A stretch of 64,000 bases of DNA from an uncultured Thermomicrobiales bacterium (GTDB taxonomy: Bacteria; Chloroflexota; Chloroflexia; Thermomicrobiales; UBA6265), in assembly GCA_902806405.1 (NCBI GenBank), contig CADCWL010000001.1:8472-72471 (forward strand), given 5' to 3'. Numbering within the stretch: the first letter of the stretch is position 1; each line of letters starts with the position of its first letter. Both the position numbers and the translations under genes were made by a program. The notes beneath the pieces were generated by a model. It ran no database searches, was not told where the DNA came from, and saw only the letters and a program-made list of their open reading frames with translations. This document shows positions 31,685-40,043 of the stretch, in pieces.

Positions 31685-33394
31685 TTGAGCGATCCCCGTT
31701 TCGCGCGCCTCGTTGCGGATGCCAGGGCCGGCCGCCTCAGCCGCCGCCACCTGCTCCACGCGGGTCTCCGCCTCGGTCTCGCCACCCCGGCCATCTCGGC
31801 GCTGATCGCGGCGGCCCCGGCCGGCGCAACGGCCGCTCCGGTCGGTTCCCGACCATCCTCATTTCGACAGGGCGCCAATCGGACCTGCACGGTCCTGATC
31901 TCGGTCGGGACGTCCGACATTGACCCGCACTACTCGTACACGACCCTCTCCTCGACCATCGCCCTCGCCGCCTATGAGATGTTGATCGGGCTCAAGGGGG
32001 AGAGCACCGAAGAGTTCGAGCCGATGCTGGCGGAATCGTGGGAAGCGAGCCCGGACCAGTCGATCTACACCTTCCGCCTCGCCCCCGGCGTTACGTTCCA
32101 GGACAGTACGCCGTGCGATGCCGAAGCCGTCAAGTCGTCCTACACCCGCTTTCTGCTCCTCGACGGTAATCCGGTCAACGTCATCAGTCGGTTTGTCGAC
32201 TCCCCAGACCAGATCGAGGCCGTCGACGCGACGACGGTCCGCTTCACTCTGGGCGCACCGCAGCCGCTGTTCCTGCCGGCGATGGCGTCGCAGTACGGGC
32301 CGTCGGTCGTCAGCCCGACGGCGGTCGCCGAGAACAAGACGGACGACGACCCCTATGCGCACGAGTGGTTCAAGTCGAACGCGGTTGGCACCGGTCCCTA
32401 CCGACTGGTCGAGAACACCCTCAACGAGCGGTTAGTGCTCGAGCGATTCGAGGAGTATCGACGCGGCTGGGAGGGGGAGCACTTCGACCAGATCGTCTTT
32501 CGGGTCGTGCCCGAGGGAGCGACCCGTCGCCAGCTTCTGGAGCAGGGCGAGGCCGACGTCGCCGCTTACAACGTGACGGTCGACGACCTGCAGGCGATGC
32601 GGACCAACCCAGATCTCCAGGTCGTCGAATACCCTTCGACCAACGTCGCCTGGGCGGTCATGAACGCGCCCCGCCTCAAGTCAAAGGAGGTCCGCCAGGG
32701 CTTCTCCTACGCCTTCCCCTACGAGGAGGTCGCCTCCGGCGTCTTCCAGGGGCTCCTGACCCGGAGCGGACCGATCGCCAACAGCGTGCGCGGCCACAAT
32801 CCGGAGACGTTCCTTTATCAGACGGACCTCGTCCGAGGGAAGGAACTGATCCTCTCCGGCGGCTTCGCCGAGGGGGACACGTTCGACTACATGTTCGACA
32901 GCAACGACGAGCGCGAGGCGACGATCGCTCAGCTCTTCCAGGCAAACGTGGCCGAGATGGGGTTCACGTTGGAGCTTGTCGGCGTCGACTACGACACGAT
33001 CGAGGGGACCATCTTCAGCGACGCACCCGCCGAGGAGATCCCGATGTTCATCGGCGGCTGGGGCTGGTGGCCGGACTATAACGACCCGTGGAACATGCTT
33101 GGGCCCAACTTCACCGAGGCGAGCCTAGGTGACGGCGGGAACGCAGGTGACTGGGTCAACCCCCGCTTCGAGGAGATCATGGCCGAGGCGGAGACCTACA
33201 CCGACGAGGCCAAGCTGAAGGAGCTGATGGCCGAGGCCCAGACCATCCTCACCGAGCTCGACCCGCCGGTGATCTACTACGGCCAGATCACGCGCTATAA
33301 CGTCTTGCGCGCCGATATCCGGGGTGCGATCCCCAATCCGCTCTACCTCGACGCGTTCCCCTTCTACGCGATGTCCCGAGCCTCCTCCTCCTAG
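31685..33394 (+). CDS. ABC transporter substrate-binding protein, family 5 (peptide/nickel type), Tat signal
   Basis: Twin-arginine signal GRLSRRHLLHAGLRLGLATPAISALIAAAPAGATA and an SBP_bac_5-like body. TTG at 31685 lies 7 nt after AGGAG. An ATG at 31655 is the alternative. Confidence 0.85.
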   Translation: MSDPRFARLVADARAGRLSRRHLLHAGLRLGLATPAISALIAAAPAGATAAPVGSRPSSFRQGANRTCTVLISVGTSDIDPHYSYTTLSSTIALAAYEMLIGLKGESTEEFEPMLAESWEASPDQSIYTFRLAPGVTFQDSTPCDAEAVKSSYTRFLLLDGNPVNVISRFVDSPDQIEAVDATTVRFTLGAPQPLFLPAMASQYGPSVVSPTAVAENKTDDDPYAHEWFKSNAVGTGPYRLVENTLNERLVLERFEEYRRGWEGEHFDQIVFRVVPEGATRRQLLEQGEADVAAYNVTVDDLQAMRTNPDLQVVEYPSTNVAWAVMNAPRLKSKEVRQGFSYAFPYEEVASGVFQGLLTRSGPIANSVRGHNPETFLYQTDLVRGKELILSGGFAEGDTFDYMFDSNDEREATIAQLFQANVAEMGFTLELVGVDYDTIEGTIFSDAPAEEIPMFIGGWGWWPDYNDPWNMLGPNFTEASLGDGGNAGDWVNPRFEEIMAEAETYTDEAKLKELMAEAQTILTELDPPVIYYGQITRYNVLRADIRGAIPNPLYLDAFPFYAMSRASSS

Positions 33395-33453
33395 CCGACG
33401 GATCGCGACGTGGCCGCCGGGTGCCACCCGGCGGCCGCGCGCCGGGGAACCGC

Positions 33454-34464
33454 ATGCTGCTTCGCCTCGTCGTCCGGCGCCTCCTCTTCCTGGTCGTGGT
33501 TCTTTTCGGGCTCTCCATCATCACCTTCGGCCTCTCCCACGTCGTGCCCGGTGACCCGGCACGGCTGATGGCAGGGCCTCGCGCGAGTTCGAGCGCGGTT
33601 GACAAGATTCGGGAGCGGTACGGCCTGAACGACCCGCTCCCGGTCCAGTACGTCGCCTACGTCCAAGGCGTCGTCCGCCTCGACTTCGGTGACTCGTTCA
33701 CCTCCCGCCGCCCGGTGCGGGACGACCTCGCCCGTTACCTGCCAGCGACGATCGAGCTGGCTCTCGCCGCCTTCCTCCTCTCGACCCTGGTCGGTGTCCC
33801 GCTCGGCGTCCTCTCCGCCGTCAAGCGCGACCGCTGGCCGGATCACCTCGCCCGCTTCGTCTCCATCTCGGGGCTCGCCCTCCCCGTCTTCTGGCTGGCG
33901 CTCATGGCCCAGTTCGTCTTTTTCGGGCGGCTTGGCTGGCTGCCGGACGGGGAGCGCCTCCCGGTCGGTACCGATCCGCCGCGAGCGATCACGTCGCTCT
34001 ACACGCTCGACGCCGCCCTGACCGGAAACTGGGCGGTCCTCGGCACCGCGCTGTCCCACCTCCTGCTACCCGTCGTCGTGCTCGCCTACGGATCGCTGGC
34101 GGTGATTACGCGGATGGTGCGGGGGGGGATGCTGGAGGTGCTCGGGCAGGACTACGTCCGGACTGCGCGCGCCAAAGGGATTGCCCAGCGCGGCGTGGTC
34201 GTCCGACACGCGCTGAAGAACGCGCTCCTGCCGACCGTGACCTCGCTCGGCCTCCAGGTCGGGCTCCTCCTCTCCGGCACCTTTCTCGTCGAGATCGTCT
34301 TCTCCTGGCCGGGAATCGGCCGTTATGCGGTCGAGGCGATCCAGCGGCTCGACTACAACGCGACGATGGCAACCACCCTCCTGATCGCCGTCGTCTTCGT
34401 CCTCGTCAACCTGCTGGTCGATGTTCTCTACCTCTTTCTGGACCCCCGGATTTCCTACTCGTGA
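33454..34464 (+). CDS. ABC transporter permease (DppB/OppB-like)
   Basis: N-terminus LLRLVVRRLLFLVVVLFGLSIITF and a BPD_transp_1 core. Confidence 0.9.
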   Translation: MLLRLVVRRLLFLVVVLFGLSIITFGLSHVVPGDPARLMAGPRASSSAVDKIRERYGLNDPLPVQYVAYVQGVVRLDFGDSFTSRRPVRDDLARYLPATIELALAAFLLSTLVGVPLGVLSAVKRDRWPDHLARFVSISGLALPVFWLALMAQFVFFGRLGWLPDGERLPVGTDPPRAITSLYTLDAALTGNWAVLGTALSHLLLPVVVLAYGSLAVITRMVRGGMLEVLGQDYVRTARAKGIAQRGVVVRHALKNALLPTVTSLGLQVGLLLSGTFLVEIVFSWPGIGRYAVEAIQRLDYNATMATTLLIAVVFVLVNLLVDVLYLFLDPRISYS

Positions 34465-35405
34465 GCACCGATCCGACCGCCCCGGCTCGGTCCCCCCTCG
34501 CTCTTCCCGTCGCCGACAATGGCCGACGCCTCCGCGGCACCGACATTCGCCGCGAGCGGAGCCAACTCCGGCGTAACCTCAAGCGATTTCTCGTCGACAA
34601 CCGTCTGAACCTGCTCGGGGTCGTCATCGTCGTCGGCTTCGTCCTGCTCTCCCTCTTCGGTGAGTCGATCGCCCTGCACGACCCCTATGCCCAGAACATC
34701 ACCGGCGCCAAACTTCTGCCGCCGTCGTTCGACCACCCGATGGGGACGGACGAACTCGGCCGCGATGTGCTGAGCCGGATCATGACGGGGAGCCGGATCA
34801 GCCTCCAGGTGGCCGCCGTCGTCCTCGGCTTCGCGGTGGTCGTCGGCACCCTGGTCGGCGCCGTCGCCGGCTACGTCGGCGGGGTCGTCGACGAGGTGCT
34901 GATGCGCGTGACCGACCTGTTCCTCGCCTTTCCTGCCCTGATCCTGGCCATCGCCATCGCCGCCAGTCTCGGCCGTGACCTGCGGAACACGATGATCGCG
35001 CTGTCGACGGTCTTCTGGCCCTGGTACGCCCGCCTGGTCAGGGCGCAAGTTCTCTCGATTCGGGAGCGGGACTTCGTCGCTGCTGCCCAGAGCATCGGCC
35101 TCTCCGGCCCCCGCCTTCTCGTTCGCCACGTTCTGCCGAACGCGCTCTCGGTCGTCATCATCCAGCTCACGCTGGATGTCGGGTTCGCGATCCTCTCGAC
35201 CAGTTCCCTCTCCTTCATCGGTCTCGGTGCCCAGCCCCCCTCCCCGGAGTGGGGCACGATGATGTCGACGGCCCGCAACTACTTCCGGGACGCCTGGTGG
35301 TACATCACCTTTCCCGGCGTCGCGCTGACGCTGACGGTCTTCGCCTTTAACGTCCTCGGTGACGGACTTCAGGATGCGCTCGACCCCCGCTCTGGCCGAC
35401 GTTGA
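34461..35405 (+). CDS. ABC transporter permease (DppC/OppC-like)
   Basis: GTGA start/stop overlap with the upstream permease. HPMGTDELGRDVLSRI motif. Confidence 0.9.
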   Translation: MSTDPTAPARSPLALPVADNGRRLRGTDIRRERSQLRRNLKRFLVDNRLNLLGVVIVVGFVLLSLFGESIALHDPYAQNITGAKLLPPSFDHPMGTDELGRDVLSRIMTGSRISLQVAAVVLGFAVVVGTLVGAVAGYVGGVVDEVLMRVTDLFLAFPALILAIAIAASLGRDLRNTMIALSTVFWPWYARLVRAQVLSIRERDFVAAAQSIGLSGPRLLVRHVLPNALSVVIIQLTLDVGFAILSTSSLSFIGLGAQPPSPEWGTMMSTARNYFRDAWWYITFPGVALTLTVFAFNVLGDGLQDALDPRSGRR

Positions 35406-35429
35406 GCGGTCGCGAACCCACCGCCCGCC

Positions 35430-37412
35430 TTACTCCGGCTCCCCGTCCCCGGTAGCCGGTACCGACGACGATTCGGGTGAGCGGAGACGTTGCGCACCCG
35501 CGGCGGCCGCCGGTGCGTCGGTCGCCGATGACAGGTGGGGGGTTGGGTCGGCCAGCGGCAAGGTGAAGAAAAAGGTGGCCCCCGTCCCCGGCGGGCTCTC
35601 GGCCCCGATCGCGCCGCCGTGGGCTTGCACGATGTGCTTCGCGATCGCCAGACCCAAACCGGTCCCGTCGGATCGCCGTGCCTTGTCCGCCTTATAGAAC
35701 CGTTCAAAAAGCCGGGGCAACTCCTCCGGAGAAACTCCGGCCCCGGTGTCGCGGACGTTCACCCGCACCATCCCGTCCTCGACCAGGGCCTCCACGGTGA
35801 TCGTCCCACCCGGCGGCGTGAACTTGATCGCGTTGTGGACCAGGTTCAGCATTACCTGCTCGACCCTGGCTCGATCGGCCCTCACCCGAGGAAGGTCGAC
35901 CGGGACCGCCAGGACCAGATCCAGCCGCGCCCGGTCAATCTGAGACCGGAGCCGGTCCGTCGCTCGACTGAGGAGATTCGCGGGCGCGAGCGCCTCCGGG
36001 CGGAGGGCAACCCGCCCCGATTCGAGCCGAGCCAGGTCCAGCAGCTCGTCGACGATCGCCGCGAGGCGGTCCACCTCACCGACGATGCGGTGGAGGAAGT
36101 CGCCTGCCACTTCCGGATCGTCGACCGCGCCGGCCTCGAGCGTCTCCACCAGGGCCTTGATCGAGGCGAGGGGCGTCCGCAGCTCGTGCGACACATTCGC
36201 CACGAACTCCCGCCGCACGCTCTCCAGCCGGCGCAGCTCGGTCACGTCGCGGAGCACGACCAAGCCTAAGCGCTCCCCGGGGCCGCTCAAGCGCCGCGCC
36301 GTCGCCTCCATCACCCGTCGACTCCGGCCGTGCTCGACGACCGCGACGCGGGGTCGATCGCCCCCCGTTGCCAGCGCTACTCGGAGCAGTGCCGAGAGCT
36401 CGTGGTCCCGCGAGAGCTGCACGAAGGGCTGACCAACCGGGGTGGCGACGGGCAGGCCCAGCAGGCGGAACGCCGTGGCGTTCACGCGCAGCACCGTCCC
36501 GAACTCGTCGGTGATGATTACCCCGTCCGTGAGACCGGCGAGGGTCGCTTCCAAGCGAAGGCGCGAGCGCTGCACCTCCTCGGCCGAGGAGCGGAGCTGC
36601 CGCGTCATCGCATTGAAGGCCTGACCCAACTCGGCCAACTCCAGCATCTGGGCCGGTTCGACCGCGACGTCGAGGCGGCCGGCGGCGACGGCGCGGGCTT
36701 GCCAGCGCAGGTCGTCGAGGGGACCGGCAATCCTTCCGGCGACAAAGGCCCCGACCACCGAGACGAGGGTCAAGGCGATCAGGGTGGCGATACCGACGTC
36801 CCGCTGTACGCGCCGAACGGCGCTGTCGACCTGCGCCAGCGGCACCGCGACACGGACAATCGCCCCGGGAGCGCGCTCGACCGGGGCGGCCACGAACAGG
36901 TACGCTGCCCCCCCCGAGGCGCCGTCCCGGGTCGCCACGCCGAACCCGTCCCGCAGCGCACCGGTGATCTCCGAGCGCCCGCCGCGGCTTTCCGTCCCGG
37001 CCGGGTCGCGCTCCGACTCCCCAAGCACGACGCCGTCCGCGGCGACGATCGTGACGCGGGCGGCAAGCACGACGGCCGCGCGGTCAGCGATGGGGTCCAC
37101 CTCGGCGACCCCCGCACCGGCCGCGATCAACGACCCAACGTCGTCGCCCACCATCCGCGCCTCGACCGCGAGGCGATCGGCGAGGCGATCGACGTACGCG
37201 GAGCGGAGGAGCAGCGCCAGGTAGAGCCCAAGGCCGGCCATGACCACCACCACGAGGCCGGCGTAGGTGACCGCCAGGCGCCCACGCAGGGATCGCGGCA
37301 GGACACGCCGCAGCCGCCGTCGAGCGTTCGTCCGCTCCGCCGTGTCGGTCTCGACGCCGCCCGCACCCTCGGCAGGCGCCCTAGTGGGGGACGTGATCGG
37401 GATCCGGGACAA
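35430..37412 (-). CDS. Sensor histidine kinase (TM-HAMP-PAS-HisKA-HATPase; PhoR/SenX3-like)
   Basis: H-box SHELRTPLASI, N-box NLVHNAIKFT and G-box GTGLGLAIAKHIV. The TTG start at 37412 overlaps the regulator gene by 32 nt, so the start is uncertain. Confidence 0.9.
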   Translation of the reverse strand: MSRIPITSPTRAPAEGAGGVETDTAERTNARRRLRRVLPRSLRGRLAVTYAGLVVVVMAGLGLYLALLLRSAYVDRLADRLAVEARMVGDDVGSLIAAGAGVAEVDPIADRAAVVLAARVTIVAADGVVLGESERDPAGTESRGGRSEITGALRDGFGVATRDGASGGAAYLFVAAPVERAPGAIVRVAVPLAQVDSAVRRVQRDVGIATLIALTLVSVVGAFVAGRIAGPLDDLRWQARAVAAGRLDVAVEPAQMLELAELGQAFNAMTRQLRSSAEEVQRSRLRLEATLAGLTDGVIITDEFGTVLRVNATAFRLLGLPVATPVGQPFVQLSRDHELSALLRVALATGGDRPRVAVVEHGRSRRVMEATARRLSGPGERLGLVVLRDVTELRRLESVRREFVANVSHELRTPLASIKALVETLEAGAVDDPEVAGDFLHRIVGEVDRLAAIVDELLDLARLESGRVALRPEALAPANLLSRATDRLRSQIDRARLDLVLAVPVDLPRVRADRARVEQVMLNLVHNAIKFTPPGGTITVEALVEDGMVRVNVRDTGAGVSPEELPRLFERFYKADKARRSDGTGLGLAIAKHIVQAHGGAIGAESPPGTGATFFFTLPLADPTPHLSSATDAPAAAAGAQRLRSPESSSVPATGDGEPE

Positions 37413-38142
37413 ACCGGTATCCGAAGCCGCGGACCGTCTCGATCCGTCGCGGCCGACTCGGCTCGTCCTCGATCTTCTGGCGCAGCCAGCGGACGTGGAC
37501 GTCGACCGTCCGAGTATCGACCGGGTAGTCGTAGCCCCAGACGCGGCGCAGGAGGGCGTCGCGCGAGAGCACGATCCCTGGATGGCGAAGCAGATGGTGG
37601 AGGAGGTCGAACTCCTTGGGCTTCAACGTCAGAGGGCGTCCGGCCAGGGTTGCCAGGCGCCGCGCCGGATCAATCGAAATGTTGTGGGCCGAGACCGTCG
37701 GCGCGGAGGGGTCGGACGACGACGACTCGACGGCCGGGGAACGCCCGTTGGACGCGGGGTTTGGGACCTGATGGGTGATCATTCGGGAACGTCGGAGCAT
37801 GGCCCGGACGCGCGCGAGAAGCTCCCGCATCGCGAACGGTTTGCTCAGGTAATCATCGGCGCCGAGCTCCAGGCCCACGACCCGATCAATCTCCTCCCCT
37901 CTTGCCGAGAGGAGCAGGATCGGGACGGTCGATTCAGATCGCAGGGCGCGGCAGACCTGGAGCCCATCGATCCCGGGCAGCATCACATCGAGCACCACCA
38001 GATCGGGGCGGACCGCGCGAGCGGCTGCCAGCGCGGCGGGACCGCTGGCCGCAACCGACACATCGTACCCGTCGCGCCGCAACGAGTACCCGACGGCTTC
38101 CAGCAACGCCGGCTCATCGTCGACCAGGAGAATCCGGGTCAT
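37381..38142 (-). CDS. OmpR/PhoB-family response regulator
   Basis: MTRILLVDDEP, DLVVLDVMLPGIDG, and a winged helix ending ETVRGFGYRF. ATG at 38142 with GGAG upstream. The linker is unusually long and Ser/Pro-rich. Confidence 0.9.
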   Translation of the reverse strand: MTRILLVDDEPALLEAVGYSLRRDGYDVSVAASGPAALAAARAVRPDLVVLDVMLPGIDGLQVCRALRSESTVPILLLSARGEEIDRVVGLELGADDYLSKPFAMRELLARVRAMLRRSRMITHQVPNPASNGRSPAVESSSSDPSAPTVSAHNISIDPARRLATLAGRPLTLKPKEFDLLHHLLRHPGIVLSRDALLRRVWGYDYPVDTRTVDVHVRWLRQKIEDEPSRPRRIETVRGFGYRFVPDPDHVPH

Positions 38143-38324
38143 CGGGAGCGGCTCCGAACCGTCGACCATCCGGGTTCGTCTCACTCGCGCCGAGCTCGGC
38201 AGTTGTCGAAGACCGTTGGGATCCGGTGGCGGTGCCGCCCTCAGAGACCGATTGCTAGTATAGCCAGCGCACTGTGCGTCACCGGTGGGACGAGTGTCGA
38301 CGCCGGGACGACGGGAGGGGAACC

Positions 38325-39269
38325 GTGCGGCACAAACGCGACGGTGTCGCATGGCATCGCTTGGCCATCTTCGCTGCTGGTGCGACGGCGGTCGGGGGCG
38401 CGGCGCTCTTCTACGCCTACGCGATCGAGCCGCGCCTTCTCCAACGCCGAAACGTCCGTGTCGGCGTGCCGGACCTGCCGCCGGCGCTCGACGGGGTCCG
38501 GATCGCGCACCTGACCGATTTTCACGTCGGTATGGCGGGAACCCGGCGCTCGACACTCCGCCGCGCGGTGGCGGTTGCCGCGGCATGGCGACCGGATCTC
38601 GTGGCCCTTACCGGCGACTTTGTCCACGAGGGGCGGTGGGAAGCGGGAGCGGCCCTGTTTGCCGGCCTCGCTTCCGCGGCGCCGACCTTTGCCGTCCTCG
38701 GGAACCACGACCACGCGGATAACGCCGCCGCCACGGCCCGGATCGTCGCCGCGCTGGAGGAGCAAGGGGTGATGGTCCTGGGCAACGAGCACCGGGCTGT
38801 GCCGCTCAGCGGGGGCCGCGGCGAACTCGTCCTGGTCGCCGTCGACGACCCGAGCCAAGGCCGCGACGATCTTGCCGCGGCGATAGCAGGTCTTCCTCCA
38901 GATCGCGAACCGCGGCGCCCGGCCATCTTGCTCGGACACGCGCCGGAGATCGTCGACCGAGCGCCCCCTGACCGGTTTGCGCTGACGCTCGCCGGCCACA
39001 CGCACGGCGGGCAACTCCGTTTTTCCCCGTTCAAGCGGCGCACCCCGCTCGATCTGCCGATGATCGCCGGCGGACTCGACTCGCCCTACGCCCGAGGCGC
39101 CCACCTCGTCAACGGCAACCCGCTCTTCGTCAACAGCGGCCTTGGTGTCTCCGGCGTCCCGTTTCGCTTCCTGGCACCACCGCAGGTCGTGTGTCTCACG
39201 CTCAAGCGGGGCGTCGACGAGTCACAACCCCAGGACGCGGCGGAGCGATACCTTGCCGACCTCTCGTGA
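38325..39269 (+). CDS. Membrane-anchored metallophosphoesterase (YkuE/YaeI-like)
   Basis: HLTDFHVG, TGDFVHEG, GNHDH and GHTHGGQ motifs. GTG at 38325 after GGGAGGGG. Confidence 0.85.
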   Translation: MRHKRDGVAWHRLAIFAAGATAVGGAALFYAYAIEPRLLQRRNVRVGVPDLPPALDGVRIAHLTDFHVGMAGTRRSTLRRAVAVAAAWRPDLVALTGDFVHEGRWEAGAALFAGLASAAPTFAVLGNHDHADNAAATARIVAALEEQGVMVLGNEHRAVPLSGGRGELVLVAVDDPSQGRDDLAAAIAGLPPDREPRRPAILLGHAPEIVDRAPPDRFALTLAGHTHGGQLRFSPFKRRTPLDLPMIAGGLDSPYARGAHLVNGNPLFVNSGLGVSGVPFRFLAPPQVVCLTLKRGVDESQPQDAAERYLADLS

Positions 39270-39324
39270 GCGGGACCTTCTGGTGGGGAAGCAAATTCCA
39301 TCCCTCCCCGTGATCCGTATCAGC

Positions 39325-39354
39325 CGAAAGGGCGCCCCATAAGGCGCCCTTTCG
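39325..39354. terminator. Bidirectional intrinsic terminator between convergent genes
   Basis: CGAAAGGGCGCC-ccataa-GGCGCCCTTTCG: 12-bp perfect stem with A/T runs at both flanks of the helix. Confidence 0.7.
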
Positions 39355-39389
39355 CTTCACATCCGGTGCCAGAGCGGGATGAAGCCGGA

Positions 39390-39914
39390 TTAGCGGCCGC
39401 CCATCATCTTCTTCATCGCCATCGCGGCGACGCCGGCCATCGCGGCCTTGGCGACCGGGCTCCCCATCATGCCGCCGCCGCCACCGCCGCCGCCGGTTGC
39501 GGCCGACAGAAGGTCTCCCCCCCCGCCACCACCGCCCATTCCGAAGAGGGAAGCGAGCCCACCCCCGCCGGAATCTTCCTGACGGTAACGGGCCGTGGCG
39601 CGGGCAAGCTCGCGCGGGTCATCGCTCTGCGGGGCGAAGCGGCCGCCGGCCTGCTGCTGCATCATCTGCTGCATCTGCCGCCGGTCCTGGGCCGACATCC
39701 GGCCAAACCCCGCAGCCGCGGCCTCCTCGTAATCCTGCGGTGAGAGCCGGCTCGAGACGTTGCGGTAGTTCGTCATTACCTCATCGTCGTCATAGCCTTC
39801 GTGCGGCGCACCCTGCTCGTAACGGCTCACGAAGTCGGATGCGCGCGTCCGACGCCGGTTGTCGTCGTCGTCGTCCTGGCCCCCGAAGAGACCTCCCAGC
39901 AGCTGGTCGACCAT
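39390..39914 (-). CDS. Hypothetical Gly/Asp/Gln/Met-rich low-complexity protein
   Basis: Strong SD GAAGGAGGAA before the ATG at 39914. The sequence has poly-D, QQMMQQQ, two G7-8 runs and a C-terminal AKAAMAGVAAMAMKKMMGGR. Confidence 0.7.
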   Translation of the reverse strand: MVDQLLGGLFGGQDDDDDNRRRTRASDFVSRYEQGAPHEGYDDDEVMTNYRNVSSRLSPQDYEEAAAAGFGRMSAQDRRQMQQMMQQQAGGRFAPQSDDPRELARATARYRQEDSGGGGLASLFGMGGGGGGGDLLSAATGGGGGGGGMMGSPVAKAAMAGVAAMAMKKMMGGR

Positions 39915-40043
39915 CGGTTATGTTCCTCCTTCAATCGTGTCGGAGCGGCGCGGTCGCCGCGTTCCGCGAATCCTAGGTGGCAGGAAGCGTGCCACCCACG
40001 ACCGATTACCGTTCGGCGTCAGCCGGTCGGGCCTTGCTAGCCC

